Shown in pieces: positions 1-11,422 of a stretch of 64,000 bases of DNA. This stretch comes from Eledone cirrhosa (lineage: Eukaryota), in contig CAXHJY010001226.1 of NCBI GenBank assembly GCA_964016885.1, forward strand, positions 34,028 through 98,027, in the 5' to 3' direction. Numbering within the stretch: position 1 is the stretch's first letter; each line of letters begins with the position of its first letter. Position numbers and translations under genes: made by a program. The notes below the pieces were generated by a model. It searched no databases and was not told the DNA's origin. It saw only the letters and a program-made list of their open reading frames with translations.

Positions 1-967
<967 letters not shown>

Positions 968-1097
968 AGGGAGGGGATTAGGAGTGTGTAACACTCCACT
1001 TATCCAATAGGCAGTATAAGGTTAGCTCGATGTCTGAGGACAGAGCCGTAATATAATCAACAACAAAGAACGCTTAGAGCATAGGTATATCTTTACT

Positions 1098-1143
1098 TGC
1101 TAACAGTGTTTCGTCCACACTATAAGTGGGACTCATCAGAGCA
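1098..1143 (-). ncRNA. Type I hammerhead ribozyme (Penelope pLTR)
   Basis: Minus strand: TGCT-CTGATGA-GTCC..GGAC-GAAAC-ACT-GTT-AGCA; stems I, II and III pair; GUU cleavage triplet. Confidence 0.85.
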
Positions 1144-2732
1144 TAAAGAGTGATTACATATTACACAAGCAATAACAAAGCCAAGACAGAAGAATATATA
1201 TGGGGATGCCATAAGTTGGGAGGGGTTTAAAGAGTAGAGTAAATAGAGTGTAGAAAATAAAATTGGAGGATAAAGAATAGTGAAAAGTAAAAAAAATAAA
1301 CATTGAAGAAATAAAAAATAAACATTGAAAAATAAGCATTGAAAAATAAGAGGTGCTATCAGTCACAGTTGGGCAGGGTGCTGTTAACAAACAGTTACAT
1401 ACAAGCATACGCATAAGCATGAGCACCCGCATGCAACCACACAACAGGCAGCCATATGCAACACATATAGTATAGACTAATACAAATAACATATCATGGA
1501 CGAGTATGCAAAAGCTAAGAGATAAATGGTGGATATACAATGGGTAAAAATACAATGGGTAAAAGTAAGATAAACAAAGGATAAAAATAGATTAACCATA
1601 GATAAAAAATAGATTAACCATGGATAAGAGATAGAGAATAGATAAGGAATAGACAAAAATAGATAAGATAGATAAGAGTAGATAAAAATAGATAAAAAAT
1701 AGATAAAAAATAAATAAAAAATAGACAAATAATATATATAAAAAATATAAAATATAAAAAATATATATATAAAATATACAGATAATAAAGATAAAGGGTA
1801 AAGAATAAATAAAATAAAATTATATAAAATAAAATACAATGAAATAAAATAAAATAAAGTAAAGTGAGATAAGATATATATTTTTTGAATATATTTCTTG
1901 AATATATCAGGGGCACACGAACACCTTAAGTGTTACAGTTAGCCATATCACAACAATCAAATGTTCAAATGAGATTTATAATCAACAGGTGCTATGTCCA
2001 CACTCGATTGAGTTGACCATTGCAATGCAATGGAGACATCCCAGGTTTGGCAGTCACAGAAGTTCACACTCGAAAGTCACGGGTGTGCATTCACACAGTT
2101 GAGCGGTGGGGCAATCACAAAAGGTTCACACTCGGGCAGGAATCTATTGGTCAACAGAAGTATATCCACATCACTAGCAAGGACGTATGCAAGGAAGGTA
2201 GGTAAATTCACATGCAGCAGCAGGAACATCCATGGGCAGATAACTGAGTGTCACAACGTCACAAGGTAGCAAGCAAATTCGTTTACATCAACATGAACAT
2301 CAAGAGGCAGATAAGTGGGCCGAAAGCAAGCAAGTGCAGGTGGGCTAGCCAAAAGCAAGCAAATACAGTTGGGTTAGGCGGCATACTCAACAGCGCATAT
2401 AAAAAATAGCTTCAAAAGCCAATATCCATGAAATCACAACATTGAGGCATCCCAAGAATATACACAACAATATGGTTAGTACGTATATGCATATACACAC
2501 ACCACATGCATATATAGAGACGGTATATATATATATATATTTATATATAGACATATACAACCACCTACACTCATACACATATAAATGTATATACAGACAC
2601 ACACGCACACACACACAGCGTAGGACACCCGGGTCAAAGCGGATATAATACACAGAAATATCTTATTAGGCTAACAAAAGGCAGAACCCACAACAGTCGC
2701 TCACACTGGTCACAGATAATAAATTTTTTTCC

Positions 2733-2808
2733 CAGCAAAATTAATCAAAATAAATTCTTACGAGGAGATGCAGCAAAATTAATCAAAGTAAATTCTTACG
2801 AAGAGATG
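2733..2808. repeat. 38-bp tandem duplication in Penelope 3' UTR
   Basis: cagcaaaattaatcaaa(a/g)taaattcttacga(g/a)gagatg x2. Confidence 0.85.
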
Positions 2809-3434
2809 CATGTCCACACGTGTAGTCGCCTGATTCAAGTGTAAACAGACCGTTAATAACTACGGAGGGCTATCGGGGCCAAAACGTTATTTTTGGGATA
2901 ATAACAACGACCGTCAATATATGGAAGGCCGATTGTGCTAGAAAGACTACAACACCGGGCAAGAGCTCCCCGAAGTCAGCCTGTAGATCTTAAACCACAG
3001 AATAGGAGGGTAACACGTGCATGTGCTACGTATCTACTGCTCACGGCGAGATGGCACAGGTCCGCTCACAGTTACAGGCTAGATTTCCATTTGTGCAACT
3101 TATAGCGCAGTACACGCTCTACATAGATATATTACATCATAACTCATGCGCATACAGAGGTACAGATCCGTAAAATACACGTTGGGATAGACCCACCAAT
3201 GCACTAAGGGTGGCTAGGCGAGCGTGGATGGGTCACATCCACTGTGCCAAACAGGGGTGCTTATTAACATACACACCAACTCACCTGTACACCTCAATAT
3301 CCAGATCAATATTCTCTCGCAGGCATACATATACACACACAAACTCATATACATGGAAGACAAACAATAGGAAACAATTACACACAATAAGAGACAGTTA
3401 CACAAGATAGCCCAACTGGAGAATTAAGAAAGTG

Positions 3435-4100
3435 CTAGCTAATAGGTTTAAAGTAGAAGAAAGAGCTTAATATTCGGTGGGGGCAAGAGGAAAATATTTC
3501 TGACTTTCTGTTTAGTAGAGAGCATTTAGCAAATATAATAGAGTGGGATTCAGTAAGGCATAGGTTACATACTCTATTATGAGGAGTATATGGATGGGAT
3601 TTAGCAACCTGCCGCCAAGTGAGGGTGTAATGTGTTCGTGCATTTTTTAAGTTGTGGACGTACGCTGCCAAGGAGGTGGAATTCCTCAGTTTATTGTGTC
3701 TAAAAGTGCACTGGTGAGAGTTAAACCTGGTTTTAAAGGGGGTGGAAGTTGATCCTATATAAGTTTTAGTGGACGCCGTAGGTACCACATCACACGCGTA
3801 AACTATGTTTCTAATAAGGCAGAAACCATTCAGGGGGCAGCCCGAAGCCCTTCTACAGTTACAATTTCTGGTGATGCTATTCTCAGAATGATCACCAGCT
3901 TGCTGACCACGTGTGTCTAGGCTCCCTCTGTCCACTACCATGTTTTCCCCTAGGCTTAGGTTGTCCAGGCCTTCCTTAATTTTCCTATTATTAGTATTGG
4001 CTAGATGAGAGGCCAGATTTTGGGTTGTAGAATACGAAAGTTTAACAACATTCTTATTGAGGATAGAGTGGTACCTATTACCAGGAGGTAATAGGTACCA
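3435..4100 (-). CDS. Penelope-like linker plus GIY-YIG endonuclease (5'-truncated ORF)
   Basis: CNCxxxxxCPLNGFCL..NIVY...YIGST..FKTRFNSH...CNLCLTE..LNRKSE...CPH; the ATG at 4109 comes from the inverted arm. Confidence 0.88.
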   Translation of the reverse strand, partial: WYLLPPGNRYHSILNKNVVKLSYSTTQNLASHLANTNNRKIKEGLDNLSLGENMVVDRGSLDTRGQQAGDHSENSITRNCNCRRASGCPLNGFCLIRNIVYACDVVPTASTKTYIGSTSTPFKTRFNSHQCTFRHNKLRNSTSLAAYVHNLKNARTHYTLTWRQVAKSHPYTPHNRVCNLCLTESHSIIFAKCSLLNRKSEIFSSCPHRILSSFFYFKPIS

Positions 4101-4165
4101 CATCCCCATATATATTCTTCTGTCTTGGCTTTGTTATTGCTTGTGTAATATGTAATCACTCTTTA

Positions 4166-4211
4166 TGCTCTGATGAGTCCCACTTATAGTGTGGACGAAA
4201 CATTGTCAGCA
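4166..4211 (+). ncRNA. Type I hammerhead ribozyme (inverted pLTR copy)
   Basis: TGCT-CTGATGA-GTCC cacttatagtgt GGAC-GAAAC-ATT-GTC-AGCA; canonical GUC site. Confidence 0.88.
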
Positions 4212-4253
4212 AGTAAAGATATACCTATGCTCTAAGCGTTCTTTGTTGTTGAT

Positions 4254-4254
<1 letters not shown>

Positions 4255-4304
<50 letters not shown>

Positions 4305-4371
4305 GTAAATATATATATATGTATATATATATATGTATATATATATGTATATATATGTGTATATATATATG

Positions 4372-4406
<35 letters not shown>

Positions 4407-4474
4407 GTATATGTATATATGTATATATATATGTGTATATATATATGTGTATATATATATGTATATATATATAT
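4255..4474. repeat. (TA)n/(TATG) microsatellite
   Basis: Visible array. Confidence 0.95.
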
Positions 4475-5357
4475 GCTTATACCACTATTAGCTTATACCA
4501 CTATTAGCCGCTAAAGGGTTCTCCCTAAAAATGAAAGTCAGGTTGTATGATGCCTGCATACGAACAGCAATGTTACATGGCAGTGAGACCTGGGCATTGT
4601 GTGCAGAGGATATACGCAGACTAGAGAGGAACGAAGCTTGCATGCTCCGCTGGATGTGTAATAGTAATATACGTGAACGGCAAAGCATAAACGAACTAAG
4701 GAAAAAATTAGAAATAAGAGGGATCAGATGTTGTTTACTCGAGAGAAGGCTACGTTGGTATGGACACGTGATGCGCATTTAAGTCGATAGCTGTATAACA
4801 AAGTGCAGGGCAATAAAGATAGACGGTAGCCACGGAATAGGCAGACCTAGAAAAACCTGGGACGAGCTGATAAACTCCGACCTCACACACTTACACCTCT
4901 CCAAGACAATGTCACTGGACCGAGACCTTTGGCGGTACTCAGTAATAGAGAAGACCCGCCTTACCTAAATACATAGTAAAACCTACTACAGTCAGTAGGC
5001 ATCTCTAACAAAATACACCCCCGTCCCACCACCCCCACCCCATCCATACCGCCCCCTTCTATGTAAAGTTGTGTTGGTGCCACACCATCCAGGCCGAAAC
5101 AAATGAGATCGTGTAGGTGTCACGACAAAAAAACACACAGTCCACGCTGTAATGTGGCCGTGTAGGCAACACGGTAAAAACCTCCCAGACCCACACTGTA
5201 AATGTGGTTGGTGTTAGGAAGGGCAACCAACTGTAGAAAACCTGCCAGACAGTCCTATGCGAGCAAGACAATCACTCTTGCTTCAAGTGGGACTACCCCC
5301 ATCCAAACCCATGCAAGCGTGGAAAACGCACGTTAAACGTTGATGATGATGATGATG

Positions 5358-5358
<1 letters not shown>
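4475..5358 (+). mobile_element. RTE-clade LINE, subfamily A, heavily 5'-truncated
   Basis: C-terminal MLHGSETWAL...RLRWYGHV, 3' UTR and (GAT)n tail; 16-bp tandem duplication at the 5' junction (4475-4506). Confidence 0.92.
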
Positions 5359-5446
<88 letters not shown>

Positions 5447-5482
5447 AATATGTATATTTTTTTTTTATTTTATAGAAGGAAC

Positions 5483-5524
5483 TTCTACAGGACTAGTACT
5501 GTTTCATTCAGATGAAATCTTCAG
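5483..5524 (-). ncRNA. Hammerhead remnant truncated by RTE junction
   Basis: Minus: CTGAAGA-tttcatctgaat-GAA-ACAG tactagtc CTGT-A-GAAG; same family as 30901-31016. Confidence 0.55.
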
Positions 5525-8061
5525 TGGGAATTTCTGAAAGCAAACCTGCTGATGGCGACAGACGAAGTCTGTGGCTGGAGCAGGACTGTAGGCAGGAGGA
5601 GAGTAACATGGTGGTGGAACAGTAAGGTGGAGGGGTCAATTAAGGCCAAAAAGTAGGCTTGGAAAGTATGGCGGGATGGGGGAAGTAGAGAAGACTATCA
5701 AGTGGCCAGGAGGGAAGCTAGGAGACAAGTGTACTTAGCAAGAAGGGAAGCTGAGGAAAGAAAGTTCAAGCATGTTCTACAACGCGAGGACCAAAAACGT
5801 GAGGTGTTCAGGATTGCTAGGCAATGCGTCAAGGAAAACCGTGATATTGTCGGGGAGAAGTGTGTACTTAACGATGATGGCATACTTGCCATCACCGATG
5901 CTGATAAGAAGGTAGCTTGGAAGTGTCACTATGAAAGGCTACTAAATGAGGAGAATAAATGGGAGAAAGACAGTCTCCCCCACATCGACCCAATAGAGTG
6001 ACCAGCAGTGTTAGTCGAGGGGAGTATAATAAGTAAGGCAATCAAGGATATGAAAACGGGTAAGGCGGCTGGGCCTTCGGAAATAGTTGCTGAGATGCTG
6101 AAGGCATCTGGCACGGTGGGACAACCCATGGTCACCCGCATAGTTAACCAAGTCGTACAGAATGGGGTTGTTCCGAAGGACTGGCATAGCAGCATCATCG
6201 TTAACTGTTATGAGGGTAAAGGAGACGCCCTAGATAGGAGTAACTATAGAGGCATTAAATTAATCGACCAGGTCATGAAGGTCACGGAAAAAGTAATAGC
6301 GCAACTAATCAGAGAGAGAATTGAGCTAGATGAAATGCAGTTCGGGTTTGTGTCAGGCAAAAGTACCACAGACGCTCTTTTCATTGTACGACAACTACAG
6401 GAGAAGTACCTAGCTGAAGGTAAACCCCTCTACTTAGCTTTTGTCGACTTGGAGAAAGCCTTCGACAGAGTCCCCCGCTCCATTATCTGGTGGGCTCTTA
6501 GAAAACTAGGCGTTGACGAATGGCTTGTGAGAGCTATACAAGCCATGTATAAAGAAACAGTCAGCAAGGTTAGAATTAACAACGAATATAGTGAAGAGTT
6601 TAGCGTAAAAGTTGGCGTCCATCAGGGCTCTGTTCTCAGCCCCCTACTATTTATTATTGCCCTTCAGGCTATAACAGAGGAGTTCAAGACCGGCTGCCCA
6701 TGGGAACTCCTATACGCAGACAACCTGACACTCATAGCGGAATCAATGGCCGAGCTAGAGAAGAAATTCCAAACATGGAAGCATGGCCTAGAATCAAAAG
6801 GACTTAAAATTAACCTGGCTAAGACTAAAGTTCTAGTTTGTAGGAAAGAAAATAAGGCGGCGGTCCCTTCTGGGAAATGGTCGTGCTCGGTGTGTAGGAA
6901 AGGCGTAGGTAGAAACTCCATTTTATGTCCTAAATGCAAAGTATGGGTGCATAAAAGATGTAGTGGGATCACAGGTAAGCTAACTAAGAACATAGATTTT
7001 ACATGTGGCCGGTCCTCTGGTGCAATAAGTAGCAGCAAGTGCCCACAAAATACTAGCTCTTTAAATTGCGCAGAGGGTTCTATAGAAATAGTGGACAGCT
7101 TCCGTTACCTGGGCGATAAAATCAGCAGTGGGGGAGGGTGCTCTGAAAGTACAGTAGCTAGAGTCAGAACTGGTTGGAAAAAGTTCAGAGAGCTTATACC
7201 ACTATTAGCTGCTAAAGGGTTATCCCTAAAAATGAAAGGCAGGTTGTACGATGCCTGCATACGAACAGCAATGTTGCATGGCAGTGAGACCTGGGCATTG
7301 TGTGCAGAGGATATACGCAGACTAGAGAGGAACGAAGCTTGCATGCTCCGCTGGATGTGTAACAGTAATATACGTGAACGGCAAAGCATAAACGAACTAA
7401 GGAAAAAATAAGTAATAAGAGGGATCAGATGTTGTTTACTCGAGAGAAGGCTACGTTGGTATGGACACGTGATGCGCATGAAAGTCGATAGCTGTATAAC
7501 AAAGTGCAGGGCAATAAAGATAGACGGTAGCCACGGAATAGGCAGACCTAGAAAAACCTGGGACGAGCTGATAAACTCCGACCTCACACACTTACACCTC
7601 TCCAAGACAATGTCACTGGACCGAGACCTTTGGCGGTACTCAGTAACAGAGAAGACCCGCCTTACCTAAATACATAGTAAAACCTACTACAGCCAGTAGG
7701 CATCTCTAACAAAATACACCCCGTCCCACCACCACCACCACCACCCCATCCACACCACCCCGTTCTATGTAAAGTTATGTTGGTGCCGCGCCATCCAGGC
7801 CGAAACAAATGAGATCGTGTAGGTGTCACGACAAAAAAACACACAGTCCACGCTGTAATGTGGCCGTGTAGGCAACACGGTAAAAACCTCCCAGACCCAC
7901 ACTGTAAATGTGGTTGGTGTTAGGAAGGGCATCCAACTGTAGAAAACCTGCCAGACAGTCCTATGCGAGCAAGACAATCACTCTTGCCTCAAGTGGGACT
8001 ACCCCCGTCCAAACCCATGCAAGCGTGGAACACGGACGTTAAACGTTGATGATGATGATGA
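5522..8061 (+). mobile_element. RTE-clade LINE, subfamily A, 5'-truncated
   Basis: RT motifs (NYRGIKL, FVDLEKAFD, QGSVLSP, YADN), several stops, 3' UTR and (GAT)n tail. Confidence 0.95.
5702..7669 (+). pseudogene. RTE reverse transcriptase, disrupted
   Basis: ORFs 5702-6001, 6008-7411 and 7469-7669 separated by stops; catalytic YADD changed to YADN. Confidence 0.9.
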
Positions 8062-8086
8062 TACGTATATATATATATATATATAC

Positions 8087-8122
<36 letters not shown>

Positions 8123-8158
8123 AGTAAGTATGTTTTGAAACAGTGAGCGAGTTTGAAA

Positions 8159-8333
8159 TTAGAAAATATATAGCTTTCACCGTATTTTTGACTAAAGGAA
8201 TTTTAGCTTGATAACGGGGTTTAGAACCCTCAGATAATACTCATCTTTTTCCATTTATCTGAGGGTTCTAAACTCCGTTATCAAGCTAAAATTCCTTTAG
8301 TCAAAAATACGGTGAAAGCTATATATTTTCTAA
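8159..8333. repeat. 79-bp inverted repeat with 17-bp loop
   Basis: 8159-8237 vs 8255-8333, one mismatch seen; bounded by (TA)n. Confidence 0.92.
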
Positions 8334-8334
8334 C

Positions 8335-8366
<32 letters not shown>

Positions 8367-8368
8367 GT

Positions 8369-9455
8369 AAGAAAAGCACCCAGCCCACACTGTAAAGTGG
8401 ACGTGTAGGCGCCACGAAAAAGCACCCAGCACTCACTGTAAATGAGGTTGGTGTTAGGAAGGGCATCCACCTGTAGAAATCAAGCCAAATCAGTTCCTGT
8501 ATGAGCAAGGCATGGTCAGCCGACCAGACACTGCCCACAACAGGACAACCCGTCTGTAGAAACAGTAGACAGCTTCTGCTACCTAGGTGACCGAATTAGC
8601 AGCGGAGGTGGGTGTTCAGAAAGTACAATAATTAGGGTAAGAACGGGATGGAAGAAGTTCAGGGAGCTACTGCCACTGCGAGCTGCAAAAGGCTTTTCCC
8701 TCAAAATGAAAGGCAGACTGTATGATGTGTGTATACAAACAGCAATGTTACATGGTAGTGAGACCTGGGCGCTGAAGCTGGAAGACTTACGAAGATTAGA
8801 AAGAAACGAAACCTGCATGCTCCGATGGATGTGTAATAGTAATATACGCGAACGGCAAAGCATAAATGAATTGAGAGAGATACTGAGCATAAGAAATCAA
8901 ATGCTGTGTGCAGGAGAGGCGGTTGCATTGGTATGGACATGTGATGCGTATGAAGGATGACAACTGCATAAAAAGGTGCAGAGCACTAGAAGTCAATGGA
9001 AACCACGGAGTGGGGAGACCTAAGAAAACCTGGGATGAGGTGATAAAAGCCGACCTTACCGAATTACACCTCTCAAAGGCGATGACACACGACCGTGACC
9101 TCTGGCGTCACGCAGTAATACAGGGTACCTGACCTCCCATGGCTACAAGCCGAAGCTGAAGCATATAGACAATATGCTCCCACACCCTCCCACTCAAGGT
9201 GTTCGTGGAGGTGCCACGGCAAAAAAGCACCCAGCCCACACTGTAAAGTGGACGTGTAGGCGCCATGGAAAAAAAGCACCCAGCACTCACTGTAAATGAG
9301 CTTGGTGTTAGGAAGGGCATCCAGCTGTAGAAATCAAGCCAGAATCAGTTCCTGTATAAGCAAAACAAGGTCAGCCGACCAGACACTGCCCACAACAGGA
9401 CAACCCGTCTAACCCATGCTAGCGTGGAAGAATGGACCTAAAACGGTGATGATGA
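8369..9455 (+). mobile_element. RTE LINE, subfamily B, 3' fragment preceded by a partial extra 3' UTR
   Basis: 3' UTR piece 8369-8554 fused to coding fragment (MLHGSETWAL...), then full 3' UTR and (GAT)n; matches 45721-46624. Confidence 0.88.
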
Positions 9456-9477
9456 TATATATATATATGTATATATG

Positions 9478-9508
<31 letters not shown>

Positions 9509-9599
9509 TCTTAATAATTTTGAATAAATATATATATATATATATATAATAATGAAATGACAGGAGGCTGGATTTGTGTAAATCCTTGAAAGGTTTATT

Positions 9600-9657
9600 A
9601 TACTATGATCATTTCAATGACAGGGTTCCGTATGAATCCGGTGATATCATCAGGTAT
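9600..9657 (-). ncRNA. Type I hammerhead ribozyme
   Basis: Reverse-complement copy of 9971-10028 with one stem II substitution. Confidence 0.75.
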
Positions 9658-9970
9658 TCGACCTTTCCTCCTCTTTCTTTCTGTCTTCTTATAGCTGACA
9701 TTAACACTGACTTCTCTTCTTCCTTTTCTTCCTTCCCCCTTCTTCTCTCTTCTTTCTTTCTTTTTTCTTGTGGCATGATATTAACGCTGACTTATGTTCC
9801 TATTCCTTTCTGTTTTCCTTTATTTGACCGGTAGTAACACACTGTAAGGTTTAGCCACGTCACTTGAGGGCGACCGGCAAAGGTGGAAGATGCTGGATGG
9901 CGGTCGTCCTCGGGTCTTTGATTTTCAGCCCCATGGATTTTATCTATTACATTCACTTATTATATTTCGA

Positions 9971-10028
9971 ATACCTGATGATATCACCGGATTCATACGG
10001 AACCCGGTCATTGAAATGATCATAGTAT
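9971..10028 (+). ncRNA. Type I hammerhead ribozyme
   Basis: ATAC-CTGATGA-(accgg..ccggt stem II)-GAA-ATGATCAT-A-GTAT; palindromic stem III, AUA site. Confidence 0.8.
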
Positions 10029-10219
10029 AATAAACCTATCAAGGATTTACACAAGTCCAGCCTCCTGTCATTTCATTATAATATTTAACTCCGTACTCGA
10101 ACCACCAACTACAAAAACAAAGACGGTTGAACTGCTTTACATTGAGTACTCTCCATATTATTACATTAAGATTGACCATACGGAATTGACCTGTTCTATC
10201 CAGTGGTGAACCTCAAACC

Positions 10220-10251
<32 letters not shown>

Positions 10252-10464
10252 CTTCGTTTTTGTAATTGTTTTGCAAGATTTCTTACCTGAAAACGTGTGT
10301 TGAAACAGATACTGTTATACTTTGGGAGAGTCATGCTGTCAATAAAAACACTCACGCCTGTTGGTTTTCACTTCAATCTATTATAAACTTCCAGTTGGTT
10401 AGTTTAGTAACCGGATGGTTGTTTATTTGTTTATTGTCAAAGCTCTTTCACACATTTTGTGATC

Positions 10465-10605
10465 TCCTCAGTGACTAATGAGGCAATAGCTCCTTGAACC
10501 TTATCCTCCTTATTCTTGTTATTCTAATCAATATGCTTTCAGAACATCCTCCTTCACTACTAATTAGGTCACTTAGCTAAGGGAAGCTATTAATCACTTC
10601 TTTGG
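10465..10605 (-). mobile_element. Old RTE coding fragment
   Basis: Minus translation resembles EVINSF.LSDLISSEGGCSES..RI...FKELLP. Confidence 0.6.
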
Positions 10606-10904
10606 AGCTTTACTTTGGCTATTATAACTTAAATATTTAGCATTTAATCTGCTGAAAATTCAAATTGAGTATCAATTGAATAGTCACACCTGGATGGGGG
10701 AAAGAAAGGGATGACAAAGGTCAAGAGAATGGCTTTGTCTCTTACTCCCCCTCCTTAGGCTTAATTTTTTTTTAATGTGGTAGGTGACCAACGAAATTGC
10801 AGGTATTTTAACTGTACATTTGTTGGGGTGAAAGTTGGAGTAAATATGGTCTCAGAAGGTATAGATTAATATGATGCTTTATCATTTGTAAATAAAGGTG
10901 CATC

Positions 10905-11210
10905 GCTTACTGGTTAAGGTGTTGGGCTCACAGTAGTGAAGTTATGAGTTGGATTCCTGAACCAGGTGATGTGTTGTGTCTTTGAGCAAGACACTATTTC
11001 ATGTTCTCCAGCTGTAGAAATGAGTTGTGATGTCACTGGTGCCAAGCTGTAGCCACCTTTGCCTTTCAACACCAGTGACATGGAGAGAGGAGACTGGCAT
11101 GCATGGACAATTGCTGATCTTCCAGAAAAACACCTTGCTTAGGTTTGTGTTTCAGAGAGGAACTTTCTAAGTACAAAGCCATAGTCAACCACGACTGAAG
11201 GGTGTCACCT
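10905..11210 (+). mobile_element. tRNA-derived SINE with CORE-like domain
   Basis: tggttaagg A-box-like, gagttggattcc B-box-like, gtgtctttgagcaagacact; related copies at 31098 and 47460. Confidence 0.65.
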
Positions 11211-11366
11211 TACCATCTGTGCTACTTGAGATGTCAAACATATCAATGGCCTTTCTTCTGTTACACCAATCTCTGGTCTAAAGAGTTTTACAAGAGTTGA
11301 AGAAATAAAGAGGATCAGACATACAAGGAGAAAAAACAAACAAAATACATGAAGACTCCCACTCAC

Positions 11367-11422
11367 CTAACATTTGCATAAACGCGAAAGTGTTGGAACG
11401 GCACTTTTCTGTGACATGACAC
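11367..11422 (-). CDS. Coding exon of pleckstrin-like gene (post-PH linker: VSCHRKVPFQHFRVYANV+2 nt)
   Basis: Acceptor ttttatattcctgcag|, donor AG|gtgagt; 56 nt, phase 0 to 2, compatible with the preceding exon. Confidence 0.68.

Larger units (their letters stand above)
968..4258 (-). mobile_element. Penelope-like retroelement (Naiad-type), 5'-truncated, with inverted pseudo-LTR copy at its 5' end
   Basis: GIY-YIG ORF on minus strand; 1050-1208 is the reverse complement of 4101-4258; both arms carry a hammerhead core; flanked by (TA)n on both sides. Confidence 0.85.
9550..10078. mobile_element. Non-coding element with ~112-bp inverted arms, each containing a hammerhead (probable Penelope pLTR remnant)
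   Basis: 9550-9661 is the reverse complement of 9967-10078, with a few substitutions. Confidence 0.75.

Noticed and set aside
1154-3410. Several short ORFs on both strands
   Set aside because: Low-complexity Penelope 3' UTR; no recognisable domains.
6664-7605. Antisense ORFs repeated in each RTE copy
   Set aside because: Shadow frames of the RT; recurrence reflects copy identity.
10283-10320. CTGAAAA...GAAACAGATACTGTT hammerhead-like motif
   Set aside because: Core mismatch and no stem I pairing; at best a decayed remnant.
10350-10560. Possible further host exon ending at a gtgagt donor
   Set aside because: No open frame with a good acceptor; the upstream part is an RTE fragment.
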